Under the pieces are notes generated by a model. It saw only the letters and a list, made by a program, of their open reading frames with translations. It searched no databases and had not been told where the DNA came from. DNA of 64,000 bases, from the NCBI RefSeq assembly GCF_004010195.1, contig NC_057750.1, forward strand, positions 11,941,144 through 12,005,143. The letters are read 5' to 3'. The first letter of the stretch is position 1. Every line of letters starts with the position of its first letter. This stretch comes from Chiloscyllium plagiosum (Eukaryota). Below, in pieces: positions 39,967 to 52,059 of the stretch. Both the position numbers and the translations under genes were made by a program.

Positions 39967-40444
39967 CTAGTGCTCTGTTTTTAACTGACCCCTTTCTCTT
40001 TTCCTTTTCTCTTTCCTCGTTGTCAACATCTTTATCAATCCATCTCTTCCTTTGCTCCCTGTGCCGACTGAATTTAACGCTATGAGTCATCTTTCTTTCC
40101 TTCACTCTGTTCTATCTTCTTTTTTCTTCTTCCCCAATCATGTCTTACTCTTTCTTCTCTCCTCTATCTCTTCCGCCCTCCATTAGCTCTTGCCTTACTC
40201 TCTGCTCATCTTCTTGATCTTTCAAAGTGTCTCAGTTTGTGGGGTAGATATTTCCCTGTTGCTGATGCATCTTAATATATTGTGAGAATGGTATATCCCA
40301 TCAGAAAAATTTAAATATCCCACTGCGGAAAGTCTGATCGTTTATTCATTAGAACCTAGTCCAGTTGGACCAAACCTACCACAACATCGGATTTTACCAT
40401 AACTGATGTTTTGATGCAACAGCACCGCCACCCCCAGCCCTCAA

Positions 40445-41043
40445 AGAAAGAACAAAGAAAAAAAATTTACAGCCCAGGAACAGGCCCTTCGGCTCTCCAA
40501 GCCTGAGCTGATCCAAATCCACTGTCTAAACCTATCGCTCAATTCCTAAGGATCTGTATCTCTCTGCTCCCCACTCATGCATCTGTCCAGACACACCTCA
40601 AATGAATCTACCGTGCCTGCCTCTCCTACCTCTGCACCTACCACCCTCTGTGTAAAGTACTTGCTGTGTGTATTCCCCTTAAACTTTTCACCTCTCACCT
40701 TGAACGCATGACCTCTCATTATTGAACCTCTCACCCTGGGAGGAAAGCTTATCTCTATCCACCCTGTCTATACCCTTCATGATTTTGTAGACCTCAATCA
40801 GGTCCCCCCCTCAATCTCCTTTTTTCTAATGAAAACAAACCTAACTTACACAACCTCTCTTCATGGCTAGTACCTTCCATACCAGGCAACACCCTCATAA
40901 ACCTTCTCTGCAACCTTTCCAAAGCGTCCACATCCTTTTGGTAATGTGGCGACCAGAACGGTACACAGTATTCTAAATGCGGCTGAACCAAAGTCTTATC
41001 CAATTTTAACTTGACCTGCCAGCTCTTATACTCAATACCCCTC
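40445..41043 (-). mobile_element. CR1 LINE 3' end
   Basis: LVQPHLEYCVPFWSPHYQKDVDALERLQRRF. Confidence 0.88.
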
Positions 41044-43017
41044 ATTCCCCTACCTTTCTGTATCTACAACAATTCATGATGGAACTTCAAGGCAGACAAC
41101 ATTTCAATAAAAATACTCTTGGCTGCACACAGTCATTGTAAGCCATCTGTTTTGCAATCATTTGAAGATGAATTCTTTATTTGGCTTAAAGTTATGTTGA
41201 TGAGAGTGTATATATGTTTGATCTGCTCAGTTATTCAGTTTTAACAGGGGAAGCAGGAGCTACAACTAATTGGCATGAGTGCCCCTCAGCCAAGAAGCAC
41301 TAAAATTTGTCAAAACAACTTCACATAAGTGTACTATTGTGGATGCAATAGTGGCTCATAACATTGGGATTCCTGTGATGGCTCCCGTGGCCGAGCAGCT
41401 GGCTAACATTCCAGCTCAGGTGTAAAAGTGGGTCAGTTGTGACAGGTGATCATCTGACTGTGGGAGAATCATCAAGTAATTTTATCTTCAGGGATGAAAG
41501 TTAGCTCTTAAATCATGCCAATCCTGAGTGCCCTTCAGAGGGGACGGGAACAGTAAGGAGAAAGAGAGAGGACAAGGAATTAGAAGATGGTGAAAGGTAA
41601 CAGTAGCACTGAGGCCTGAAGAGAATTTGAGCGAGAAGCAGTCAGCTCCTGTCTGACACCCCAGTTTTTATTTTTGCTGAAACGAGCTGGTTGGAATCCA
41701 CCTCACCCTTACATTGCCTGAACCCTTCAGCTCAATATAGGCCATGACTATTGACACTGCATTCACGCTATTAACATATAAGAACCAGGATATAAGATTC
41801 AAAAAATAAGTCTGATAAAGTAACAAACCTGGCGCGAGAAGATCAATGAAACATTTATTTGTTAGCTGCTGGTGGAATTTTCTGTCGTTTGTAAACATTG
41901 ACTTTGCTGATTTGTATGCTCATCAAGCATTTCCTGTTAGCTTAAGATAGTAAACTCTTGTTAAGCTATTTAGCAAAAGCTGAGCCAAGTGTTCCTGCTT
42001 TGCTGGTGCCCTTTAGTAAGGAAGGACGTGAGGGTGGGAAGTACTTCATTAGCAGGTCCCTGAACCTCACAAAATACAGCAAACCCCAGATGAATTTTTG
42101 CCAATGCTTCTCAGATATCTTCCTCCTGCTATCTTTACTAGTGCGCTTTTATGCCAAGTTGAAAAGAAGAGGCATGGAAGGTGTGCCATGCTCCGGTGGG
42201 TGGATGACGGCTCTGTACCCCAGGTTTTCTGGAATTCTGGGGATTGATGGTGGCTTTGTGCAGTAAAGTAAGTAAAAAACATCACATTTAAATAACGGCT
42301 TTAAAGTTATAAGACCCCTCCAGTGCTTCATAGGAGCATTTTAAAATAAAATATAACAGAGAATCATGTAAGGAGAGCAAAGAGGTCACAAAGGTAGGCC
42401 AATTGGCCCCTTAAGCCTGGTCTGTTATTCAATAAGATCTGATTGTACCCTCAACTCCACTTTCCTGCCTATCCCCATAATCCTCAACTCCCTTGTTGAG
42501 CAAATGCTGCCCTATATTCAATTGCTCCAATCTCCACTGCTCTCTAAGGAAGAGAATTCTACAGAGTGATGATTCTCGGAGAGATAAAAATTCTGCTCAT
42601 CATCTGAGTCATAAATGGGAGACCCCTAATTTTTAAATTGTGTTTTCAGGTTGTAGACTGCCCAACAAGGGGAAATGTCTTCTCAGCATCAACACTGTCA
42701 AGCCTCCCCAGGTCTTCCATCTTTCAATTAACTTGCCAGTTACTCTTCTAGATTTGTTCCAGGTGATAAACCCCAGGTGATAAATGCCAGGTGTAGTTCT
42801 GCTGACATCGTTTTAGCCATAGGGACTAGTTTTAACATAGAATACCTCTCTCTCACTGACACACAGGTAAAACATGCATATATTTGCTTGCTTAGCAACC
42901 ACATCTCTCAGTCCCTCTAAGGATCTAAAATATATACAATGATGAATGAAAAAGCACGCTGTTTTACCTCACAACAAACAATTTTATGTGACTGGCAAAC
43001 ATTCACAAGTTCACATA

Positions 43018-43808
43018 CAATGATGAATACTGAGATTACAGGCCCCGGGATAGTGACTATTCCTTTTTGTTGCAATGGAATGCCATCAGTCACATCTGGA
43101 TTCCGAATGAGTCACATGTGGCTAGCTCATGGTTAATACACTGGACAACACGGTCACATCATAGTCAAGGCTGTTACAGAAGCAATTGATAAGGAATGTT
43201 AGTTTTTTTTCCCAGAGGAAGTTGACTGGACTGGAGAATATTAATTATTAGGAAACATTGAACGGACTCAGATTTAAAGAATCTCGGAAGTGTTTTAGGG
43301 CAGAGGACACAATGCAGCCCATTGTGTCAATACTGGCTCTTCAAATGAGAAATTCACCTCACTCTTATCTCCCATCTTTGCCCCCCTGTAACTCCAAAAA
43401 TTCTTCCTCTTCAGATAATAGCCTTATTCCCATTTAAATGTGTCAACAGAACCTGCCCCTACCACACTCCCAGGCAGGGCATTCCAGGTGCTAACCACTC
43501 GCTCTGTCGAAAAGCCTCTCTTGAAGTCCCTTTTCTTACTTGTGTCAATCACCTGAGTCCGTTCAATCTTTCCTCATAACTAATATTCTCCAGTCCAGTC
43601 AAAATCCTTTGGGGGAGAAAAACTAACATTCCTTATCAATTGCTGTCTGTAACAGCCCTTGACTATGATGTGACCGTATTGTCCAGTGTATTAACCATGA
43701 GCCAGCCACATGTGACTCATTCAGAATCCAGATGTGACTGATTGCATTCCATTGCAACAAAAAGGAATAGTCACTATCCTGGGGCCTGTAATCTCAGCAT
43801 TCATCATT
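43018..43808. repeat. Long inverted repeat: arms ~43018-43271 and ~43553-43808
   Basis: The arms are high-identity reverse complements; the spacer contains a CR1-like remnant. Confidence 0.9.
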
Positions 43809-43950
43809 CCCTTCACAAATGTTTACCTGTCCACTCTGGGTCCAAACCTCTCTGATTTTGAGTACCTCTATCAAATCTCTTTCTCCAAGGTGAACAGTCC
43901 TAACTTCTTCAATCACTCCTCTTAAGTTTCTTGACACAGGAACCACCTGG

Positions 43951-44130
43951 GGTTGAGAGTGTGTTGCTGGGAAAGCACAGCAGATCAGGCAGCATCTGAG
44001 GAGTAGGATGAAGGGCTTATGCCCGAAACGTCGATTCTCCTGCTCCTCGGATGCTGCCTGACCTGCTGTGCCTTCCCAACACCACACTCTCGACTCTGAT
44101 CTCCAGCATCTGCAGTCCTCACTTTATCCT
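43951..44130. mobile_element. PLE family A inverted terminal pair
   Basis: TSD ggaaccacctgg. Confidence 0.8.
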
Positions 44131-44674
44131 GGAACCACCTGGATGTTGATGCATGACCTTAAAACTAACACTGATTTTCGTAAAAATCTATCTGGTTCAT
44201 CCATGCCCTTCAGGGAAGGAAATTTGCCATGCTTACCTGGTCTGGCCGACATATGATTTTTAACTGGCCTCTGAAGTGGACCTCCCAAACCACTCTGTTT
44301 AACGGCCATTTTGGATGGGCCACAAATGCTAGTAACATCCACATCATATTAAAAAAGAATTTTAAAAATCAATTTGTGGGAAGTGGGAATACACTGTGAG
44401 GTGACTTGTCACCCAACATAGAAAAAATGGGCTGAATGGTATCCTCCCATACTGTACACTCCTATTCAAGGGCAAGCCATTTTTCTCCTCTGTGGGGGGA
44501 GGGGAGGGGTGGAGTACATTTTATCCTGTGCTCCTGCTGCTAGAGGTGAGCCTTACATAGGTATCAAGAGAATGCCAACACCCGCATATACAAATATGCA
44601 AACAAAGTATGGCACAGGTCATAAGAAACACAGAACGCAGAACAAGTTACACGGTTACCATAAAGTTTGCTCAC

Positions 44675-44857
44675 CTTCATCAGAGATTGATCAGGGGCTC
44701 TCTTGTCTATCTGCAAGGCATTCCCTAGGAATGGGAGAGCGGGAGGACCTGGGGGGAGCTTGCGGTATATCAGCTTACTCTTCCAAGAGCGCACAAGCAG
44801 CAGCAGCACAGACAGCAGAAAGGCAATGAGAGTCACTCCAATGGTACTAAAATCCAT
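44675..44857 (-). CDS. CYP2: CYP2 exon 1 (signal anchor and proline-rich hinge; MDFSTIG...PPGPPALPFLGN...SLMK)
   Basis: ATG at 44857, hydrophobic helix, PPGP, donor aag|gtgagc, phase 0. Confidence 0.92.
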
Positions 44858-45015
44858 AGCAGTCCAGGATCAGTTCGTAATGGGCCCTTGATGCACCTTT
44901 GAAAGCTTCAATGCTCCTGCTCAGTTCTGGACCCAGTTGTGGTTTACTTGAGGAACAGCTTGTGTTTAAACAAGCATACAGGAATCTGCAACTGTCTTGC
45001 AATGCACTGTGCAGC

Positions 45016-45021
45016 TTTATA
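45016..45021 (-). promoter_or_regulatory. Candidate TATA box of the CYP2 gene
   Basis: TATAAA on the minus strand ~160 nt upstream of the ATG. Confidence 0.5.
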
Positions 45022-45234
45022 TGAATGAAAACTCCTCCCTTGCTGGGGGTGGAGACAGTTTGCACCCTGAACTACAAAGCCCTGTGCCAGTGAGTAATGC
45101 TATGACTCTTAAATTTGCAACATGCTGATTATTTTTTGTGTAATAGCTTACTCAAACTTTCACCCCCTCCTGCCCCAATTCTTAGTCTTTGACATCAGCT
45201 TTATTCTGCTGATGCTGTATGATTGAGTCGGAGG

Positions 45235-45600
45235 CCATTTCAACTCTTGAGTCAGAGGATTGTGTTTCAAGTCCCACTCCAGGACTTGAATACCTGAATC
45301 AAGGCTAACATTCCACATACCACTGAAAAATTGCTGTTCAGCTCAGGTCCTCCATTTAAACCACGGCCCATCTTGAATAGGTGTAAAAGATTTTGACTAC
45401 TCTGAAGATGAGCAAGGGAGTTACACCTAGTGTCCTGGGCAATACCCACCCCTCAAGTAACATTACAAAAAAGCAGATTGCATGTATTTTTGTCACACTG
45501 TTTGTCGGAGTGGACTGGACGTAAAATAGCTGCTGCATTTTCTATATTACAACAGTGGCCATTAGCTGTGATTGTGAAAGGTGCTACACAAATGAAAATC
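45235..45600 (+). mobile_element. Old DeuSINE/SacSINE1-like element upstream of the CYP promoter (related copies ~3170-3480, 14260-14830, 49690-50000)
   Basis: ttcaagtcccactccaggacttga...aaggctaacattcca...gtcctgggcaata..ccctcaa. Confidence 0.55.
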
Positions 45601-46115
45601 TTTCCTTTTTATTGCCTTTTCCACCAAAGGGTCACTGAAGTCCAAATTGCTTGCCCAAGTACCATAGGTAGCAAACTAGCCATGTTATAAATGAGGGATA
45701 ATAGCAGCTATTCACTAGCTTCTGTTTCCCCCCTTTCCCAGCTTTTTTACTTTATTCATATCATTTGTAAAATGACATTATGAAACATTTTGATTTGAAG
45801 ATTGCTGGAAATGCAATGAAATTCAAATTATTCCCATATAGCATGTTCCACTCTGAGGTGCCTCAATATGAATTTAACCCTGTTAATATTTACAACATAT
45901 CAATCATACAGCCAGAGGGCATCATTGTCTTTTACACAATGAGGGACTGACCAACTCGTTGGTGTCAATCATGACCATTATCGGACTGGGCAATTGCTAG
46001 GTGGCAGTCTTATTTTGCATATCTCCTGACTGAAGCTAACATCGGTAGACATGAGGTAAGATGCAAAGCGACCTGGCTATTTGCTGCTTGCTATTTCCAG
46101 AAGAACATAACCTAC

Positions 46116-46714
46116 TGAGTTTTGAGAGGATTTGTAGCTCAGGTAGAAGTTCTGGATGAAGGTTTGCTCGCTGAGCTGGAAGGTTCATTTTTCAGACATT
46201 TCATCGCCATTCCAGGTAGCATCTTCAGTGAGCCTCCGGATGAAGCACTACTGGGGGTGTTTCCTGCTTTCTATTTATTTGTTTGGGTTTCCTTGGGTTG
46301 GTGATGTTATTTTCTTTGGTGATGTCATTTCCTGTTCTTTTTCTCGGGGGTGGTAAATGGGATCCAAATCAATGTGTTTGTTGATAGAGTTCCAGTTGGA
46401 ATGCCATGCTTCTAGGAATTCTTGTGCGTGTCTCTGTTTGTCTTGTCCTAGGATGGATATATTGTCCCAGTCGAAGTGATGTCCTTCCTTATCTCTATGT
46501 AAGGATACTAGTGAGAGTGGGTCATGTCTTTTTGCGGCTAGTTGATGTTCATGTATCCTGGTAGTTAGTTTTAGGTTTTTCAAACCCAAACATATAAATA
46601 GAAAGCAGGAAACACTAGCAGTCCTTCATTCGGAGACTCACTGAAGATGTTACTGAGTATGGTGACGAAATGTCTGAAAATGAATCTTCCAGCTCAGCAA
46701 GCAAACCTACATCC
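46116..46714 (-). mobile_element. PLE family C: GIY-YIG C-terminus between inverted terminal repeats
   Basis: LTTRIHEHQLAAKRHDPLSLVSLH...FDWDNISILG...EFLEAWHS; arms ~46150-46290 and ~46582-46716; TSD agaacataac(c/t)tact. Confidence 0.85.
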
Positions 46715-46812
46715 AGAACATAACTTACTCCAGTCAACATGTATCTGTGGGACTTAAATGAGTGTCCACTTGCAACTTGTTATCTTCCAATCATGTTCTC
46801 TAATCAACATCT

Positions 46813-47388
46813 TGTGATGATGCTGTCCCTTTAACAAGGTTATTTTGTCGTTGGGCTTTTTTTTTAAGAGGTCGTAAAGGCAGAGGTGCTGAAATGTCTA
46901 CTTTAACATTGGCAAGGGAATGGCCAGTTCACTCAGTTCAGGTTTTTTCTAGGCTGGTTTAGTTGTAACAGTGAGAAACTGTTGGTTGAGCTGTAGCAGA
47001 GAAGCTGCTGCAGTCCAGAAAAAGGTTGCAAGCTTCAGCAGTTGATTCCTGGCTGACTTTTCTTTCTCAAATCTCTCCTGCCTGTAAGAAACTGTGTTTG
47101 AATTTACCTTTTGCCAAGGGGTGTGTTTATGGGATGTTACGAGAATTGGAAATGCTCCTTGGTTAAGTTGCTGTGTCAGGTAAGTAAAGATTTCCAGTAA
47201 TTAAATTCGAAATTCCGCTTCCTTTCATTCGTGTTTCAACTGTAGTGTTTTGCTTAAAGCCGACTGGTTTTACAAGCTGCATCCTACCTGGAATATCCAC
47301 CTCACATCTGCCTTTAAAATAAGGACAAGTTCCAGTTTTGGCTACCTTCTTAAAATATTTGGAAGGGGGTCTGGCCTGCTCTATTACA
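46813..47388. mobile_element. Probable solo LTR (tgtgatg...ttaca) with a PLE family A fragment (47391-47482) at its end
   Basis: TG...CA ends and LTR-like composition; the PLE fragment has a degenerate 16-bp TSD. Confidence 0.45.
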
Positions 47389-48864
47389 ATTCCTGATGAA
47401 GGGCTCTGGCCCGAAACGCTGATTTTCCAGCTCCTCGGATGCTGCCTGACCTGCTGTGCTTTTCCAGCAACACAATCTCAACCTTGCTCCATAACAATAT
47501 TCAGATGTGTTATAACACAGCCCTGGATTTAGCAGGTGGGATCTGAATCAGACCGCCCAGTCCAGGGGTAGGGACTCTACCTCCACACCACAGGAAAGCC
47601 CATTGTTATGTGCTCTAAGTAGTCTCTTACATTGAGAACACCTGGAATTATCCTGACCCATTACAACTGCTGCATCTCCCATAGAATTGCCCACCCTCCA
47701 AGACTGACCTGGTATTCCCTTGACACAAGCAGCACCTGAGAAGCTAAGTTTTATAGCGACATTTAAAAAGAAACGTAATTATTTTCTTTGAATGTTTCTG
47801 TCAAGTAATTATGAAGTGTGAGAGACAGGAGAAGAGGATGTAAATGGGGTGAGCCAACAGGTCAAGTGATGAAAAGCTTCCAGGAATATGTCAAAATCAC
47901 TGCTTGGAACATTAGTCTCAAATACCATTTACCCACAGCATTGCTGGAATAAAAATGATACTTTCAGAATATCAATTAAGAAGTTTAAAAGTTGACTCTA
48001 TAGCCTTGTGAATCAACAGCAAGACCACAGGTTGGTACCACAATATGGTCACCTGAAATTTAGAAAAGTCAAAAGCAGATCGGGCCACTGCTTTATTGAT
48101 TCCATTTAATTTCTGATTGTTTGCCTCTTTAGTTCTCTCTCCAAATTCTCACACAGACATCTCTGTGTTTGGCCTCCTACCCGGCTCCAGTGAAGTTTAA
48201 TGCCAGTTTGACAAGCAGTACCTCAGTGGTTGGCTAGACACTTTACCATCAATGTCAATAATTTCGGATTGTAACCATTGCTCCCATTTTCTTTGGTTCG
48301 CAATAATCATTTTGCCGTTGTCATTTGCACATCCTTCTTTTGCTCCTTCCCTTGTTTCATTACTACTTCCTTTTCATTTACACATTCATTCCTTTATTCA
48401 TTTAAGTACACCTGCCTTTCAAAATATCAGGAAACTCCTGATTATTTCCTTCTCTCCTCACCTTCAACAATTTCTTTGCTACTTATTTTTGCTTGAATCC
48501 TGTTTGATCTCCAAATTCCTCTAATTCAAGGCACATGAATAACTTCCATTCATTTCCTTTACAGGTGGAAAATTGGATTGAATTTTTAAGGTGAATAAAT
48601 TCATCAAACACATTCAAATCCTTTAAGAATCTTTGTGGTTAATCTATTAACAAGATTTATCACACTTCTATTCAAAAGCCACGTCAAATCCTGTATTGGC
48701 CTCTTTGAATCTCAGAACACACTGTTGAGATAACTGTAGTTTTGCAACTCAGCCTAGCATTCATATCAGCACAGAAACAGCACTTGTGGAAATGTTAATA
48801 AATAATTCCAACATGCCTAGTTTTCCTCAACAGAGCATCCCGCTTTCTCCTGGGTTGGCTGTGA

Positions 48865-49685
48865 CTATGGAGTTGTCGAGGTGACAGCACAGAAAAAGGC
48901 CCTTTTGCTCATCAAGTCTACAGTGGTCAAAAACAATTAGCCATCTATTCAAAGCCCTTTTCCAGCATTTAGCCCTTAGCCATATATGCCTTATCATCAC
49001 AAGCATACATATAACTACTTCTTGGATGTTATGAGGGTTCTCACCCCTACCATCATTATAGTCAGAGAGTTTGATATTTCCACCACTCATTGGGTAAACA
49101 TTTTTTCTCAACCTGTATAAAGCTCCTGAATCTTATCTTAAATCTGTGGCTCCTGGTCATTGATCCCTCCACTGAGAGGGAAAAGTTTCTTCCTGTCTAC
49201 CCTATCTTTGCCCTACCTAATTTTACACATCTCAATCATGTACCCCACAGCCCTCAGTTTCTTTGCTCCAGATAGAATGTCCCAAGTCAATCCAATTTTT
49301 CACCAAACATTAAACCTTCCAGATCAAGCAACAGTCTGGTAAATCTCCTCTGCACCATCCTTGGTGCAATGGCATCCCTCCTATAATGTGTATTCCAGAA
49401 ATGCTCACAAGCCTGTAGCTAATTAGGTTTTTATAGAGTTTCAACATAACCTCTCAGCTCTTAAATTCCATGCTTCAGCTAATAGAAGCAAATATGTCAA
49501 AATGCCATCTTAATCACCTTATCTATCTGTCCTGCTACCTTAAGGGATAGTGGACAAGCATATCAAGATCCCTCTGATCCTCAATGCTTCCTTATCATTT
49601 CCCACCTCATAGGGTCCTGCCATTCATTATGTATTCCCTTGCACTGTTTGTCCTGCTCAAATGCATCATCACACGCTTTTCTGGA
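48865..49685 (-). mobile_element. Degenerate CR1 LINE 3' region
   Basis: Decayed similarity to the CR1 3' ends elsewhere in the window. Confidence 0.65.
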
Positions 49686-49999
49686 TTATGGGTAGCATAC
49701 TTGCTTCAAAGTTAGAAATTTATGGGTTAAGTCTGACTGCAGGCCCAAGTACTAATTCCAAGAAGACATTACCAGTGTAGGACTGAGGAAGTTCTGTGCT
49801 GTTGGCAGCCTATAAATGAAACATTAAACAGTCCTTTCAAGTGATGTGTAAGGTTCCACTGCACTATTTCAGAGAACAGCTCTTCCCAGAGCCTAGATCA
49901 ATATTTATCTCTACATAACTGACATGATTAAATAGATGATCTGGTTATTATCATGCTGCAAGAGAATGGGAGCACGTTATGCATAAATTGTCTTTGTTT

Positions 50000-51455
50000 G
50001 ATAGTCACAGGTGAGGTGCCGGAAGACTGGAGTTTGGCTGACATGATGCCACTGTTTAAGAAAGGTAGTTAGGACAAGCCAGGGAACTAGAGACTAGTGA
50101 GCCTGACGTCGGTGGTGGGCAAGTTGTTGGAGGGAATCCTGAGGGACAGGATGTACATGTATTTGGAAAGGCAAGGACTGATTAGGGATAGTCAACATGG
50201 CTTTGTGCATGGGAAATCATGTCTCACAAATTTGAATGAGTTTTTTGAAGAAGTAACAAAGAGGGTTGATGAGGGCAGAGCGGTAGATGTGATCTATATG
50301 GACTTCAGTAAGGCATTCGACAAGGTTCCTCATGGGAGACTGATTAGCAAGGTTAGATCTCATGGAATACAATATCTCATTTGCATACAGAACTGGCTCA
50401 TAGGTAGAAGACAGAAGACAGACAGACAGTAGTGGAGGGTTGTTTTTCAGACTGGAGGCCTGTGACCACTGGAGTGCCACAAGGATCGGTGCTGAGTCCA
50501 CTACTTTTCGTCATTTATATAAATGATTTGGATGTGAGCATAAGAGGTACAGTTAGTAAGTTTGCAGATGACACAAAAATTGGAGGTGTAGTGGACAGTT
50601 ACCTCGATTACAATGGGATCTTGATCAGATGGGCCAATGGGCTGAGAAGTGGCAGATGGAGTTTAATTTAAATAAATGTGAGGTGCCACATTTTGGTAAA
50701 GCAAATCTTAGCAGGACTTATACACAATGTTAAGGTCCTAGGGAGTGTTGCTGAACAAAGAGACCTTGGAGTGCAGGTTCATAGCTCCTTGAAAGTGGAG
50801 TAGGTAGATAGGATAGTGAAAAAGGCGTTTGGTATGCTTTCCTTTATCGGTCAGAGTATTGAGTACAGGAGTTGGGAGGTCATGTTGCGGCTGAACAGGA
50901 CATTGGTTAGATCATTTTTGGAATATTGCATGTAGTTCTGGTCTCCTTCCTATTGGAAAGATGTTGTGAAACTTGAAAGGGTTCAGAAAAGATTTACAAA
51001 GATGTTGCCAGGGTTGGAGGATTTGAGCTACAGGGAGAGGCTAAACAGGCTGGGGCTGTTTTCCCTGGAGCGTCGGAGGCTGAGGGATGACCTTATAGAG
51101 ATTTATAAAATCATGAGGGGCAACAATAGGATAAATAGACAAAGTCTCTTCGCTGGGGTGGGGGAGTCCCCCGAACTAGAGGGCATAGGTTTAGGATGAG
51201 AGGGGAAAGCTATAAAAGAGACCTAAGGGCCAACATTTTTACATAGAGGGTGGTACGTGTATGGAATGAATTGCCAGAGGAAGTGGTGGAGGCTGGTACA
51301 ATTGCAACATTTAAGAGGTATCTGGATGGGTATATGAACAGGAAGGGTTTGGAGGGATATGGGCCGGGTGAGACTAGATTGGCTTGGGAAAAGTGGTTGG
51401 CATGGACAAGCTGGACCGAAGGGTCTGTTTCCATGCTGTACATCTCTATGACTCT
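50000..51455 (+). mobile_element. CR1-clade LINE ORF2 3' part
   Basis: SLTSVVGKLLEGILRD...[25 protein letters not shown]; same subfamily as 32485-34790. Confidence 0.92.
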
Positions 51456-52059
51456 ATAATGACTACAATTAAAAATAAATTAGTTGTTTGTTAACCTTCT
51501 TGAGGTGTTTCTTTGAATTATTTTTAACTGATCCCTTTCAGGTGTAGATTGTCCTGTGACTCGGTCAATTTGAGTGTTTAGTTTTTTGCCTGTGTAAGAG
51601 TCCCTATACATGTGCAGCTAAATTGAGATGTTCCCATAAAGTATTCTGGCCTACACTACAGCTGCACAAATATGCCGGTGCAATAGTACATTATGAGAAT
51701 GTATCCTCTCTCACTTGGTATTGTCAAAGTCATCAGGCTGTGTTCTCATGGGTATCTGTTGAATTCAGAAAAGCCAGTACCTTTATTTATATCAAATTGC
51801 ACAATATACCTTCATGAGTCCCAGTCTGTTCATGTCAACAGAAACTGGTCAGGTTACAGTTTCTATTTAAGGTGTTGTTTGGTCATAGTTCATTGGTTTT
51901 TCTTGGAACAAGAAGCCAGGACTTGGCTGCTATATTCTTGGTCCCTTCTGGCACATGAAACCTGACATTCCAACTCTGAGCGGAGGTGTGACTAGGTTGG
52001 GAAAGTGGTGAACTTTTTTTGCAGCTGGAACAAAGCTTTGATCCATCATCCCTGCTTCT

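Larger units (their letters stand above)
5802..44857 (-). other. CYP2: CYP2-family cytochrome P450 gene, 9 coding exons, 504 aa, open frame
   Basis: Exon sizes 183/163/150/161/177/142/188/142/209 nt, all GT-AG with CYP2 phases. Motifs PPGP, AGTDTT, EVQR, PDRF and FSSGNRMCIG are present. Subfamily cannot be assigned by eye. Confidence 0.95.

Noticed and set aside
5802..44857. CYP2 gene as a pseudogene
   Set aside because: No stops or frameshifts in nine exons, all splice sites canonical, heme Cys and ExxR intact.
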